A DNA stretch of 64,000 nt from Dehalococcoidia bacterium (GCA_963663895.2 CAXXRD010000001.1:320001-384000); one strand, 5' to 3'; numbered from the stretch's first letter, positions 22,170 through 32,550 are shown. Numbers and translations are program-made. Notes: generated from the sequence alone by a model not told the origin.

Positions 22170-23186
22170 ATGCGCGTTGAAGCCAGGATCGACTGCGACC
22201 TCGCCCAGGTCCCCGCCTACGCCCAGCACGCCGAGCGCCTCGGTTTCGACGCGCTCAACACACACGAAACCCAGCACGATCCCTTCTTCCCCCTCGTGCT
22301 CGCCGCCGAGCACACGCAGCGCATCACGCTGGGCACCAACGTCGCCATCGCCTTCCCCCGCAGCCCCATGATCACCGCCAACATCGGCTACGACCTCCAA
22401 CGTCTCAGCAACGGCCGCTTCCGCCTCGGCCTCGGCCCCCAGGTCAAGGGTCACAACGAGCGCCGCTTCAGCGTCCCCTGGTCCGCGCCCGCCCCCCGCC
22501 TGCGCGAGTACGTCCTGGCCCTCCGCGCCATCTGGAATTGCTGGAACGGCGGCGGCCCCCTCGACTTCCAGGGCCAGCACTACACCTTCACCCTCATGAC
22601 CCCCTTCTTCCGCCCCCCACCCCTCGACCACCCCCACATCCCCGTCTACCTCTCCGCCGTCGGCCCCGGCATGTGCCGCCTCGCCGGCGAGGTCGCCGAC
22701 GGCCTCCGCCTCCATCCCCTTTGCTCCGTGAAGTACCTCAGCGACATCATCCTCCCCAACGTGGAAGCCGGGGCCCGCGACGCCGGTCGCTCCCTCGCCG
22801 ACGTCGATCTCGTCTGCGGCGGCTTCCTCATCCCCGCGGACGACGACCAAGCCATCCGCAGCGGCAAAGCCGCCGTAGCCCAGCGCATCGCCTTCTACGC
22901 CTCCACCCGCACCTACCAGCCGGTCCTCGACATCCACGGCTGGGGGCACCTGACCGCCCAGTTCCACGAACTATCCATCCAAAACCGCTGGCAGGAGATG
23001 CCCGAACTCGTCAGCGACGCCATGCTGGAAGCCTTCACCGCCATCGGCCCGCCCGAGGTCGCCGCCCGCGACGCCATCGCCCGCTACGGCGCCACCTGCT
23101 CCTCCGTCTCCCTGGACATGCCCCCCGGCAGCGCCGAGGATGACGCGACCCTCCGCCGTCTCATCGACACCTTCCACACCGGCTAA
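22170..23186 (+). CDS. TIGR03617-like F420-dependent LLM oxidoreductase, copy 1
   Basis: ETQHDPF, AIAFPRSPM, GRFRLGLGPQVKGHNERRFS, FYASTRTY; AGGAG RBS. Confidence 0.92.
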   Translation: MRVEARIDCDLAQVPAYAQHAERLGFDALNTHETQHDPFFPLVLAAEHTQRITLGTNVAIAFPRSPMITANIGYDLQRLSNGRFRLGLGPQVKGHNERRFSVPWSAPAPRLREYVLALRAIWNCWNGGGPLDFQGQHYTFTLMTPFFRPPPLDHPHIPVYLSAVGPGMCRLAGEVADGLRLHPLCSVKYLSDIILPNVEAGARDAGRSLADVDLVCGGFLIPADDDQAIRSGKAAVAQRIAFYASTRTYQPVLDIHGWGHLTAQFHELSIQNRWQEMPELVSDAMLEAFTAIGPPEVAARDAIARYGATCSSVSLDMPPGSAEDDATLRRLIDTFHTG

Positions 23187-23191
23187 CCCCA

Positions 23192-24214
23192 ATGCGCGTC
23201 GAAACTCGACTCACCGGCCTCACCGATCTCCCCGCCAAGGCACGCCACGCCCAAACGCTCGGTTACGATGGCCTCGCCACCCAAGAGACCGCCCACGACC
23301 CCTTCTTCCCCCTCCTCCTCGCCGCCGAGCGCGCTCCCACCCTCACGCTCGCCACGAGCGTCGCCATCGCCTTCCCCCGCAGCCCCATGATCACGGCCCA
23401 ACTCAGCTACGACCTGCAACGCTTCAGCAACGGCCGCTTCCGCCTCGGCCTCGGCCCCCAGGTCAAGGGCCACAACGAGCGCCGCTTCAGCGTCCCCTGG
23501 TCCGCCCCCGTTCCCCGCCTGCGCGAGTACGTCCAGGCCCTCCGCGCCATCTGGGACTGCTGGAACGGCGGCGGCCCCCTCAACTTCCAGGGCCAGCACT
23601 ACACCTTCACCCTCATGACCCCCTTCTTCCGCCCCCCGCCCATCGCCCACCCCCACATCCCCGTCTACCTCTCCGCCGTCGGCCCCGGCATGTGCCGCCT
23701 CGCCGGCGAGGTCGCCGACGGCCTCCGCCTCCACTCCCTCTGCTCGGCCAAGTACCTCAGCGGCGTCATCCTCCCCAACCTGGAGGCCGGGGCCCGCCGC
23801 GCCGGCCGCTCCCTCGCCGACGTCGATCTCGCCGCCAGTGCCCGCGTCATCGTCGCCACCGACGACGCAACCGTTCGCCGTGGGAAGGCCGAACTCGCCC
23901 GCCTCATCGCCTTCTACGGATCCACCCAGATCTACCAACAGGTCCTCGGCCTGCACGGCTGGGGCAACCTCCAGCGCCAGCTCCACGACCTCTCCGCCGC
24001 CGACCGCTGGGACGAGATGCCCAACCTCATCAGTGACGCAATGATCGAGACCTTCGGCGTCGTCGGCCCGCCAGACGCGATCGCTCCCAAACTGCGCGAG
24101 CGATTCGGTCCCTGCTCCACCGTCCTCCTCTCCATCCCCGACGGCTCCAACCCCGGAGACACCCCCGCCGACGAAGCCAACGCCCGCGCGATCCTGTCGG
24201 CACTTCGCGGGTAG
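23192..24214 (+). CDS. TIGR03617-like F420-dependent LLM oxidoreductase, copy 2 (tandem paralog)
   Basis: Same motifs; central about 470 bp nearly identical to copy 1. Confidence 0.92.
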   Translation: MRVETRLTGLTDLPAKARHAQTLGYDGLATQETAHDPFFPLLLAAERAPTLTLATSVAIAFPRSPMITAQLSYDLQRFSNGRFRLGLGPQVKGHNERRFSVPWSAPVPRLREYVQALRAIWDCWNGGGPLNFQGQHYTFTLMTPFFRPPPIAHPHIPVYLSAVGPGMCRLAGEVADGLRLHSLCSAKYLSGVILPNLEAGARRAGRSLADVDLAASARVIVATDDATVRRGKAELARLIAFYGSTQIYQQVLGLHGWGNLQRQLHDLSAADRWDEMPNLISDAMIETFGVVGPPDAIAPKLRERFGPCSTVLLSIPDGSNPGDTPADEANARAILSALRG

Positions 24215-24217
24215 CAG

Positions 24218-25194
24218 CTAAGCGTCGGCATGCTCTGGTAGCCCAACTGCGGCACGAAACTGCGACAAGAAAGCATCCCAAGAGTCACCCTTCTGCCGAA
24301 TCACATGGCCAACATCAAAGAAACGATCGGTGGAAGGCGTTTCACTGGTCAACTGGTCAACTCGTCAAGCGCGAACCGTCCTGGATGGATCAGCGTCCAT
24401 CGCTCACGAAAGTCTGAACATTTCAGATGCGATTTCTCAGCCTCACCCAGACAGTTATGGAGGTTCGACACATCCGTACCTCCTTTCACCTCTATAGCGA
24501 TTCGTGACTCGAAACTGTCGCCCACTTGCTCGAGAACCGCGACATCCGGATCGCTCCCAAGCTTGACCAAAACATCACGCTCAGCCGGGTTCTTGAGGCG
24601 GATTTCGCTTCCAGTCTTGACCTGCAAGAAATCAGCGAGCGCCTCTCCAATAGCCTGAAATACGCCCTGGACCGCAACCGCACCAATCTGATTATTGTGG
24701 CTGCCATACAGGGTTGATCCGAGCGTCAAAAGCGTGAGATCAGACAAGTCACGAGCCGTGAAGCTGTCGAGGGTAGCGACAAGTGCGCTGGCAGCTGCGG
24801 CGAACGCTCGACACAACTCCGGAAGTTCTGCCGCCTGATCACTCGAAAGAACGCCTTTCCGTTCCGCAGAGGCGAACCGGCCATAGCCGTACATCTGACT
24901 GAAAGCCTTCTGTGACACGCCGATCAACATCCGGTAATACCCGATGAGTGAAGGTTTCGCCTCGATAACCGCAGGAACCGGAAAGATGAGTTCTCCGCGC
25001 AACCCTAGACTCGCGAGCTTGGTCAAACTTTCCGAAGGTGCATACTCATCGAGTTCATCGTTCAACGTTTCCACTCCGACTCGCTCAACAGCTTCCCTCA
25101 GAGCAGGCTGAAGATTCTGCTTGCGGGCCAGAAGAATTCCGTCGAACAAATCGATCGCCCGAGCAGGTGACAGGGGAGCAGTCTCTGATGCCAT
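24218..25194 (-). pseudogene. XcyI-family type II restriction endonuclease, truncated by an 8-bp tandem duplication
   Basis: LASLGLRGELIFPVP, LIGYYRMLIG.SQK, DPD, AIEVKGGTD.SN.HN..GEAEKSH; removing one CTGGTCAA copy at 24345-24360 restores the frame to TAG at 24218 (322 aa). Confidence 0.8.
24345..24360 (+). repeat. 8-bp tandem duplication (CTGGTCAA)2
   Basis: ttca-ctggtcaa-ctggtcaa-ctcgtcaa. Confidence 0.9.
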
Positions 25195-25206
25195 CGCGCG
25201 GTAACT

Positions 25207-26085
25207 CTAGCTGAAGAGCACCGACTGAACTTCTTCTCTAATTCGGCACTCAATGAGAGGCAAATAATCAATGGAGAGTTCTACACCGATAAAGCGTCTC
25301 CGTTCTTGGAGTGCGACCACACCAACTGTGCCGGACCCTATGAAAGGATCTAAAACAAAGTCTCCCTCGTTCGTCGTGAGGCGTAAGCATTGCTCGACAA
25401 GCCCTGTCGGAAACGTTGCGAAGTGCGCACCTCGGAATGGGACGGTCGGAATCTCCCAGACAGTCCGTAAATTCCTTCCGTTAGGACCCTTCATAGCTTC
25501 GTGGTTGTACAAGTAGCGCTCATTCTTACTGAAGAGAAAGAGGTACTCATGCGAGCGAGTGGGCCGGTCTTTGACTGACTCAGGCATACAGTTCGGCTTG
25601 TACCAAATCACGTCAGCACGAAGGTACCAACCGGCCTGTTGCACGGCGAGCGCTAGCTTCCATGGAATACCAATCAGATCCTTGGGTTTCAGACCATCAG
25701 GCGTGGGTGGACGATATCTCATCGCACGAACAGGATTCTTTTTATCGGGAGCGCGCCACCCCCGGTCGCCAGATGTATACGAGTCTCCAATGTTTAACCA
25801 CAGAGTCCCATCGGAGCGCGTGACCCGTCGCACTTCTTCAAGCACAGAGACCACGTTTGCGATGTAGTCATCTGGGTCGTCCTCTGCGCCGATCTGATCC
25901 TTCGCCTTGTAGTCCCGCAGGCCCCAATAAGGCGGAGAGGTGACCGTGCTTTGCACGACTTCGCACGGCACAGTCTTCAGCACTTCCCTCGCGTCACCCA
26001 CGAACACCGCCGATTCACCGGATGCGACAAGTTCAGCAACCGGCCACGCTCCATTCCCGTTGCTCCTGAAGTGCACCTGCGTCAC
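25207..26085 (-). CDS. Site-specific DNA methyltransferase, beta class, probably N4-cytosine
   Basis: TSPPYWGLRDY near the N-terminus, VLDPFIGSGT near the C-terminus; GGGAGG RBS; lower GC than flanks. Confidence 0.93.
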   Translation of the reverse strand: MTQVHFRSNGNGAWPVAELVASGESAVFVGDAREVLKTVPCEVVQSTVTSPPYWGLRDYKAKDQIGAEDDPDDYIANVVSVLEEVRRVTRSDGTLWLNIGDSYTSGDRGWRAPDKKNPVRAMRYRPPTPDGLKPKDLIGIPWKLALAVQQAGWYLRADVIWYKPNCMPESVKDRPTRSHEYLFLFSKNERYLYNHEAMKGPNGRNLRTVWEIPTVPFRGAHFATFPTGLVEQCLRLTTNEGDFVLDPFIGSGTVGVVALQERRRFIGVELSIDYLPLIECRIREEVQSVLFS

Positions 26086-26109
26086 GGCGAACCTCCCAGC
26101 GCTTCTGCC

Positions 26110-26138
26110 AAGCTAAGTACATATGTTCTCTTCGTCAA
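26110..26138 (-). promoter_or_regulatory. Sigma-70 promoter TTGACG-17-TAGCTT containing LexA-like box AGAAC-ATAT-GTACT (26116-26129)
   Basis: Minus strand reads TTGACG aag AGAACATATGTACT TAGCTT, 25 nt upstream of the MTase start. Confidence 0.7.
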
Positions 26139-26236
26139 ACATAGTCCCCCTGCCGCTACGACCGCCCGCACACCAGCTTGTCCTCAACTACGGCGATTCG
26201 CGTCCGTTCCTGCGGGGGACGCTAGCATGCAACCCC

Positions 26237-28024
26237 ATGACCGACTCAGACTCCGCCACACTCGTTGCCGCGGCCCGTGCAGGCGTCGCCGATGGCGACG
26301 CCGCCGGCGACCCTCCGGCAAGCTGGCACGGCCGCGCCCGGGTCCGCATCTGGCAGCAGGGCTGGATCATCGGCGAAGGCGAAGCCGCCGATCCCGATGC
26401 GCGGACCGCCGTCCGCGCCGCCGCCGCTCGCGCCGCCGCCGACCGGCAACCCGCCGAGCAAGAAGCGCCGTCCCCCGAGGCACCCGCTTCCCAATTCCAC
26501 AACGAATTCGAAGAGCCGCCCGCCGCGGAGCAATCGCCGCCCACACCCCCCGCCTTCCTCGAGATCGAAACCGCCGGCGCCATCGAGACGATCAACCCGC
26601 AAGGGCTCTCCGGGCTTCTGCAGAGCGTCCGCACCCCCTGCGACGGCCTCATTCTCTCCCACGACGGACGGCCCAGCGGCGGCTGGCCCAGCGATCCCCT
26701 GCACGCCGGCGAGCCCACGCCGTACTGGATCAAGGGTCTCCTCAAGCAAGCCCGCCCGCCCGGCTATTGGCTTCCCGCATCCGTGACCGTCCAGCGCTTC
26801 ACCGCCAACCGCCTGCTCGCCCTGCTCGAACCACCCGCCGCCGCGAACGGCGACCCGCCACCCGGTCGCATCGCCGAACTCCACGGCGACACGCGCCTCG
26901 TCGCGCAAGAAGAAGTCACCCACGACCGCCTGCTCGCCGCCGCCCTGCAAGCCGGCGCCTGGCTCGGCCGGCACCAGCGCCCCAACGGCCTCTTTCGCTA
27001 CGAGTTCGTCCCCCAACGCGACCAGTGGTCTCCCGCCGACTCCATCGTCCGCCAAGCCGGCTGCGCTTGGAGCATGGCCAAGCTCGCCCGCGCCACCCGC
27101 CAGAAGCCCTTCGTCGCCGCGGCCGCCCGTGCCATTACCGGCCTTCTCCAGACCGGGCTCCGGCGCGACGGCCCCGGCAGCCTCGCCACCCTCGCGGACG
27201 GAGATGGTCACCGCCGCGTGGGCGCCATCCCTCTCACCCTCCTCGCCCTCGCCGAAATCGAGGGGCGCGCCCAGGGCCCCATCTCTCCCACGGAGGACCT
27301 CACCGCCACCTTGCTCGCCCTCCAAGACCGCAGCGGCGCCTTTACCCAGAGCGCCCGCGGCGCCGACCTGGAGGGCAGTGAAACTTACTATGCCGGACAG
27401 TGCACTCTCGCCCTCGCCCACCGCTATCTCACCACCAAGCGTGATCGTCTCGCCGACGCCGTCCGCGCCGCCCTCAATCACTACCGCGATTGGTGGGCAC
27501 AGGACACCAACAAAGACCTCGCCTTCCCTGCCTGGATGATCCAGGCCTGCGAGCTCGCGGACGCCATTCCCGCCACTGCCGGCGCCGCCGATTTCGCCTA
27601 CGACATGGCCGACTGGACCCTCGATCGGCAGTACCTGTCCGCCCACCCCATCCCCGCCTGGGCCGGGGGCTTTGAAGGCGGTCCCGGCGTCGGAACCGCC
27701 GCCTACGCGGAAGGCATCGCCGCCGCCTTGGCACTCGCCCGCCGCCGCGGCGACATCGACCGCGCCACCCGCTACCGGGCTGCCCTGCTCCAAGCCCAAC
27801 GCTTCCTGCTCCAACTGCAACTCGGCGCCGCCGATCTTGTCTTCATTCGCAGCCCCGGCCACCACGGCGCCGTCCGGCGCTCCCTCCGCCATCGCGCTCT
27901 CCGTTGCGACAATGCCCAGCATCTCATCATGGCCGCGCTCCGCACCGCTTCCCTCCTCGAACAAGAGCAGCGTCAAGCCCAAGCCGCCGAAGCCGATCCG
28001 GCATCCGCAGCCCAATCCGACTGA
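26237..28024 (+). CDS. Hypothetical protein: AMMECR1-like N-terminal region plus alpha/alpha-toroid domain
   Basis: WLGRHQRPNGLFRYEF.P..D....SIVRQAG, LQDRSGAF, YYAGQ, YAEG, R.DNAQH; codon usage matches a + strand gene. Confidence 0.6.
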   Translation: MTDSDSATLVAAARAGVADGDAAGDPPASWHGRARVRIWQQGWIIGEGEAADPDARTAVRAAAARAAADRQPAEQEAPSPEAPASQFHNEFEEPPAAEQSPPTPPAFLEIETAGAIETINPQGLSGLLQSVRTPCDGLILSHDGRPSGGWPSDPLHAGEPTPYWIKGLLKQARPPGYWLPASVTVQRFTANRLLALLEPPAAANGDPPPGRIAELHGDTRLVAQEEVTHDRLLAAALQAGAWLGRHQRPNGLFRYEFVPQRDQWSPADSIVRQAGCAWSMAKLARATRQKPFVAAAARAITGLLQTGLRRDGPGSLATLADGDGHRRVGAIPLTLLALAEIEGRAQGPISPTEDLTATLLALQDRSGAFTQSARGADLEGSETYYAGQCTLALAHRYLTTKRDRLADAVRAALNHYRDWWAQDTNKDLAFPAWMIQACELADAIPATAGAADFAYDMADWTLDRQYLSAHPIPAWAGGFEGGPGVGTAAYAEGIAAALALARRRGDIDRATRYRAALLQAQRFLLQLQLGAADLVFIRSPGHHGAVRRSLRHRALRCDNAQHLIMAALRTASLLEQEQRQAQAAEADPASAAQSD

Positions 28025-29061
28025 TGCGCGCCGTCCGCGTTACCGCCAACCAGTGCCTCGCCGTCCAAGACATCGACCTCCACCCAGAACCCGGCGAGGT
28101 CCTCCTCGCTGTCCGCGACTGCGGCATCTGCGGCACGGACCTCCACGCCCTCCGCTACCCGGAAACCTTCAATACCCAACCCGGCACCATCCTCGGCCAC
28201 GAGTTCTCCGGCGTCGTCGCCGAAGTCACCCGCGACGCCGGCCCCTGGCGTCCCGGTGATCGCGTCGTCTCCATTCCCGCCATGACCTGCGGCGCCTGTC
28301 CCGAATGCACCGCCGGCTACGACTGGCGCTGCGTCCGATCCCTGGGCCACGGCCTCAACCACGCCGCCATTCCCGGCGCTTTCGCCGAGTACGTACGCGT
28401 CAGTCCGCACGCCCTCTTCTCCATCCCCGACACGCTCTCCGACCGGCACGCCGCCCTCACCGAGCCCCTCGCCGTCGCGCTGCACAGCCTTAACCGCGTG
28501 CGGCTCGCCCCCGGCGAACCCTGCATCATCATGGGCGCCGGCCCCATCGGCCTCTTCACGCTCGTCTGGGCCAAGCTGCGCGCCGCCCATCCCATCGTCG
28601 TCTCCGACCCCGCGCCCGCCCGACGCAATCTCGCCCAAGCGCTCGGCGCCGACGCCGCCCTTGACCCAAACCAAGCCGACCCGACCGCTACCCTGCGCGA
28701 ACTCGCCCATGGCGCCTGGCCGGCCGTCGTCTTCGAATGCGTCGGCACGCCTCCCGCCCTGCAAGAAGCGATGCGCCTCACCGGCCGCAACGGCCGCGTC
28801 GCCGTCACCGGCGTCTGTCTGCAGCCCTACCAGCTCCAGCCCATGACCGCTCACGGCCGCGAACTCGAAATCCACTACGTGTTCGCCTACACCCGCGCTG
28901 AATTTCAGGAGGCGCTCGCCACGCTCGCGCGCGGCGCCATCCCCGCCGATCAGCTCATTAGCGACATCATCACCCTTGACGAAGTCCCCGCCATGTTCAC
29001 CGCCCTCGCGCAGCCCAGCACGCAAGTCAAGGTCCTCGTCGAGCCTCGGCTTACGCGCTAG
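28024..29061 (+). CDS. Zn-dependent alcohol dehydrogenase (MDR)
   Basis: CGICGTDLH, GHEFSG, CGAC.EC...C, GAGPIG; TGATG coupling. Confidence 0.93.
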   Translation: MRAVRVTANQCLAVQDIDLHPEPGEVLLAVRDCGICGTDLHALRYPETFNTQPGTILGHEFSGVVAEVTRDAGPWRPGDRVVSIPAMTCGACPECTAGYDWRCVRSLGHGLNHAAIPGAFAEYVRVSPHALFSIPDTLSDRHAALTEPLAVALHSLNRVRLAPGEPCIIMGAGPIGLFTLVWAKLRAAHPIVVSDPAPARRNLAQALGADAALDPNQADPTATLRELAHGAWPAVVFECVGTPPALQEAMRLTGRNGRVAVTGVCLQPYQLQPMTAHGRELEIHYVFAYTRAEFQEALATLARGAIPADQLISDIITLDEVPAMFTALAQPSTQVKVLVEPRLTR

Positions 29062-29195
29062 CACGGGCGGTCACGCGCGAGCGGCTCCTAATACTCCACC
29101 TCCCCATCCTCGCCCCGCGCGCGGACTATCATAGGGATAGATGCTTCGGGGACGAGCTGCGCAGAGCCCTCCGGAAAGAAGCGCAGAGGGAACGC

Positions 29196-30278
29196 ATGAC
29201 GACCGCCCAGCAGCCACAGCCCCCCACCGCTTCCACCGGACCCGCCCGCACCGAGCACGCGGATGAAACCCATTCCAGCCCCGGCCTCACGAACGAGGAG
29301 CTCATCAGGCGCTGGTACCAGATGGTGCTCGCGCGCAAGATCGGCGAGCGCTGGTTCGTCCTCAATCGCCAAGGCAAAGCTCCCTTCGTCATCACCGGCC
29401 AAGGCCACGAAGCGACCCAAGTCGGTACCGTCGCGGCCCTCTCCGCCGGCAAGGACTGGGTCGTTCCCTACTATCGCGACCTTGGCGTTGCCCTCGCCCT
29501 CGGCATGACCCCCAGCGAACTCATGCTCAACGTCTTCGCGAAAGCCGACGACCCCAACAGCGGCGGACGCCAGATGCCCGCCCACTGGAGCCATAAGCGC
29601 CTCCGCATGGTCTCCGGCTCCAGCGTCGTCGGCACGCAGCTCCCCATCGCCGCCGGCCTCGCCTGGGCCGCCAAGCTGCAGGGGCACGACGCCGTCGCCG
29701 TCACCTACCTCGGCGAGGGCTCCACCAACCAAGGCGAGTTCCACGAGGGTCTCAACTTCGCCGCCGTCCAGCGTCTCCCGCTCGTCGTCGTCGTCGAGAA
29801 CAACGGCTACGCCATCACCGAGATCCAAACGAAAGAGATGGCCATCACGGATGTCGCCGACCGGGCCCAGGCCTACGGCGTCCGCGGCGCCGTCGTCGAC
29901 GGGAACGATCTGATCGAGGTCCACCGCGCCATGCAAATCGCCGTGCAGGCAGCCCGCCGCGGCCACGGCCCTACCCTACTCGAAGCGAAAACCTACCGTA
30001 CCGTTCCGCACTCCTCCGACGATGACGACCGCCGCTATCGCACCCGTGAAGAGCTCGACCTCTGGCGCGCGCGCGATCCCATCGACCGCCTTCGCAAGCA
30101 CCTCCTCGAAGCCCGCATCCTCACCTCCGAGCAGGCCGATGAACTCATCGCCAAGGCCACCGAAGAGCTCCGCGGCGCTGAAGCCTTCGCCGCCGCCGCT
30201 CCAGACCCGGACCCCACCTCCCTGGCCACCCACCTGTACGCGGACTCCACCACCCTGCCCACCTCAAGCCCCCCGTGA
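29196..30278 (+). CDS. 2-oxoacid dehydrogenase E1 alpha (branched-chain type)
   Basis: GQGHEATQ, PYYRD, SGGRQMPAH, GEGSTNQGEFHEGLNFA, HSSDDD. Confidence 0.93.
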   Translation: MTTAQQPQPPTASTGPARTEHADETHSSPGLTNEELIRRWYQMVLARKIGERWFVLNRQGKAPFVITGQGHEATQVGTVAALSAGKDWVVPYYRDLGVALALGMTPSELMLNVFAKADDPNSGGRQMPAHWSHKRLRMVSGSSVVGTQLPIAAGLAWAAKLQGHDAVAVTYLGEGSTNQGEFHEGLNFAAVQRLPLVVVVENNGYAITEIQTKEMAITDVADRAQAYGVRGAVVDGNDLIEVHRAMQIAVQAARRGHGPTLLEAKTYRTVPHSSDDDDRRYRTREELDLWRARDPIDRLRKHLLEARILTSEQADELIAKATEELRGAEAFAAAAPDPDPTSLATHLYADSTTLPTSSPP

Positions 30279-31255
30279 CGCAAACATCTATCGCTGAAGC
30301 CATCCAGAGCGCCCATCGCGAGATCATGCGCGACGACGAGCGCGTCATCCTCCTCGGCGAGGACGTCGAAGCCGGCGGCGTCTTCCGCATCACCAACGGG
30401 CTCCTCGACGAGTTCGGGCCCCACCGCGTCTTCGACACCCCCCTCTCCGAAGCGGGGTTCACCGGCGCCGCCATCGGCGCCGCCATAGGCGGCATGCGCC
30501 CCATCGTCGAGATCCAATTCGTCGACTTCATCCTCCCCGCTCTCAACCAACTCATCTCCGAAGCCGCCAAAATGCGCTACCGCAGTCTCGGCACCTGGAC
30601 CGTCCCCCTCGTCGTCCGTGCGCCCTACGGCGGCGGCGTCCACGGCGGCCTCTACCACTCCCAGAGCATGGAAGCCCTCTTCGCCCACGTCCCCGGACTC
30701 AAAGTTGTGATGCCCGCCACCCCCACCGACGCCCAAGCGCTCCTCCACAGCGCCGTCCAAGACCCCGATCCCGTCATCTTCCTCGAGCACAAGCGCTCCT
30801 ACCGTCTCATCCGGGAAGAGATCCCCGAGCCGCTTCCCTCCGTTGCCATCGGCCAGGCCGCCCTCCGCCGCGACGGGCAGGATATCGCCATCATCGCCAC
30901 CGGACTCGCCCTCCACCACAGCCTCGCCGCCGCCCAGCAACTCCAAGCCGAGAGCATCGACTGTCTCGTCCTCGACCTCCGTACCGTCCTTCCCCTCGAC
31001 AAGCCCGCCATCCTCAATGCCGCTCGCCACACCGGCAAGGTCCTCATCGTGCACGAGGACCACCTCACCGGCGGGATCGGCGGCGAGGTCGCCGCCATCA
31101 TCGCCGCCGAGGCCTTCGAGCACCTCGACGCTCCCATCCAGCGCCTCGCCGGTCCGGACGTCCCCGCAATGGGCTACCACCCTGCCCTCGAGCAAGCCTT
31201 CCTCCCCAACCCCGACACCATCGCACAGGCCGCGCGCAGCCTGGCCGCTTACTGA
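30275..31255 (+). CDS. 2-oxoacid dehydrogenase E1 beta
   Basis: LGEDV..GGVFR.T, DTPLSE, EIQFVDF, GGLYHSQS. Confidence 0.93.
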   Translation: MTQTSIAEAIQSAHREIMRDDERVILLGEDVEAGGVFRITNGLLDEFGPHRVFDTPLSEAGFTGAAIGAAIGGMRPIVEIQFVDFILPALNQLISEAAKMRYRSLGTWTVPLVVRAPYGGGVHGGLYHSQSMEALFAHVPGLKVVMPATPTDAQALLHSAVQDPDPVIFLEHKRSYRLIREEIPEPLPSVAIGQAALRRDGQDIAIIATGLALHHSLAAAQQLQAESIDCLVLDLRTVLPLDKPAILNAARHTGKVLIVHEDHLTGGIGGEVAAIIAAEAFEHLDAPIQRLAGPDVPAMGYHPALEQAFLPNPDTIAQAARSLAAY

Positions 31256-32550
31256 TGGCCACCCTCACCATGCCGCAGCTCGGAGAGAGCGTCACGGAGG
31301 GCACCGTCATCCGCTGGCTCAAGCAACCCAACGACCAGGTCGCCCTTGACGATCCCCTCGTCGAGATCGACACCGAAAAGGTCAACGTCGAGATCCCCTC
31401 TCCCTTCGCCGGCACCCTCAGCCGCATCATGGTCGAGGAAGGCCAGACCGTCCCAATCGGCACACCCCTGGCGGAGATCCAAGGGACCGGCGAACCGGCC
31501 GGCGCGGAGCAACCCAGCGGCGACAGGCCCGCCCAAGCGCCCACCGCCGCCGCCGCCAGCGCGCCGCCTCAAGAGCCCATGCCGCAGACCGCTCAGCCCC
31601 CAACCGGCAGCGCAAGAGGCGCCGCTACCCCAAAGCTCTCCCCCGTCGTGGCCCGCCTCGCCGCTCAGCACGATATCGACCCCGCCACCCTGCGCGGCAG
31701 CGGCGCCGGCGGCCGCGTCACCAAGAAGGACATGCTCGCCGCCATTGAGGCGCGGTCCGCCCCCCCATCGTCAGAAGCCTCTCCCGCCGTAACGGACGCT
31801 CCGCGCCCACCCACGGAGCGGCCCGCTGAAGACCGCGCCGTGCCCGAAACCCCCATGCGCCGCGCCATCGCCGATCACATGACCCGCAGCCGCCGCACCG
31901 CCGCCCACGCCTGGCTCGTCATGGAGACGGACGTCACCGCGCTCGTCGCCGCCCGCAGCGCCCGCAAAGACGCATTCCGCCAGAGCGAAGGCGTCGCGCT
32001 CACCTACCTCGCCTTCATCGCCCACGCCGTCGCCCGCGCCCTCCAGCAATTCCCCCGCCTCAACGCTACCTGGCAGGACGGCCAGCTCTTCGAGCGCCGT
32101 GACATTAACCTCGGCTTCGCCGTCGACGTGCCCGACGGCCTCGTCGTCCCCGTGGTTCACCAAGCCGATCGCATGAGCATCGCCGACCTGGCACGGGCGA
32201 TCGCCGACATCGCCGCCCGTGCCCGTGGCGGCGGCCTCAAGCTCCACGAGATCCGGGGCGGCACCTTCACCATCGACAACACCGGCGCCTTCGGCACCGC
32301 CCTGAGCGCTCCCATCATCCACCAACCCCAAGTCGCCATCCTCACCACCGAGGCCATCATCAAGCGTCCCGTCGTCATTCCAAGCACGGACGGCGCCGCG
32401 GGCGGTACCGACGCCCTCGCCATCCGGGCCATGATGAACCTCTGCCTCTCCTTCGACCATCGCGCCTTGGACGGCGCCCTCGCCGCCCGCTTCACCGGCC
32501 GCGTCAAGAAGATCATCGAAGCGATCGGCCCCGACACGCCCATCCACTAG
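31255..32550 (+). CDS. Dihydrolipoamide acyltransferase E2
   Basis: MPQLGESVTEG, lipoyl TEKV, E3-binding GSG.GGRVTK.D, SFDHRALDG. Confidence 0.93.
   Translation: MATLTMPQLGESVTEGTVIRWLKQPNDQVALDDPLVEIDTEKVNVEIPSPFAGTLSRIMVEEGQTVPIGTPLAEIQGTGEPAGAEQPSGDRPAQAPTAAAASAPPQEPMPQTAQPPTGSARGAATPKLSPVVARLAAQHDIDPATLRGSGAGGRVTKKDMLAAIEARSAPPSSEASPAVTDAPRPPTERPAEDRAVPETPMRRAIADHMTRSRRTAAHAWLVMETDVTALVAARSARKDAFRQSEGVALTYLAFIAHAVARALQQFPRLNATWQDGQLFERRDINLGFAVDVPDGLVVPVVHQADRMSIADLARAIADIAARARGGGLKLHEIRGGTFTIDNTGAFGTALSAPIIHQPQVAILTTEAIIKRPVVIPSTDGAAGGTDALAIRAMMNLCLSFDHRALDGALAARFTGRVKKIIEAIGPDTPIH

Noticed and set aside
29196-32550. E1a-E1b-E2 operon lacking E3
   Set aside because: E3 is commonly shared and encoded elsewhere; not unusual.
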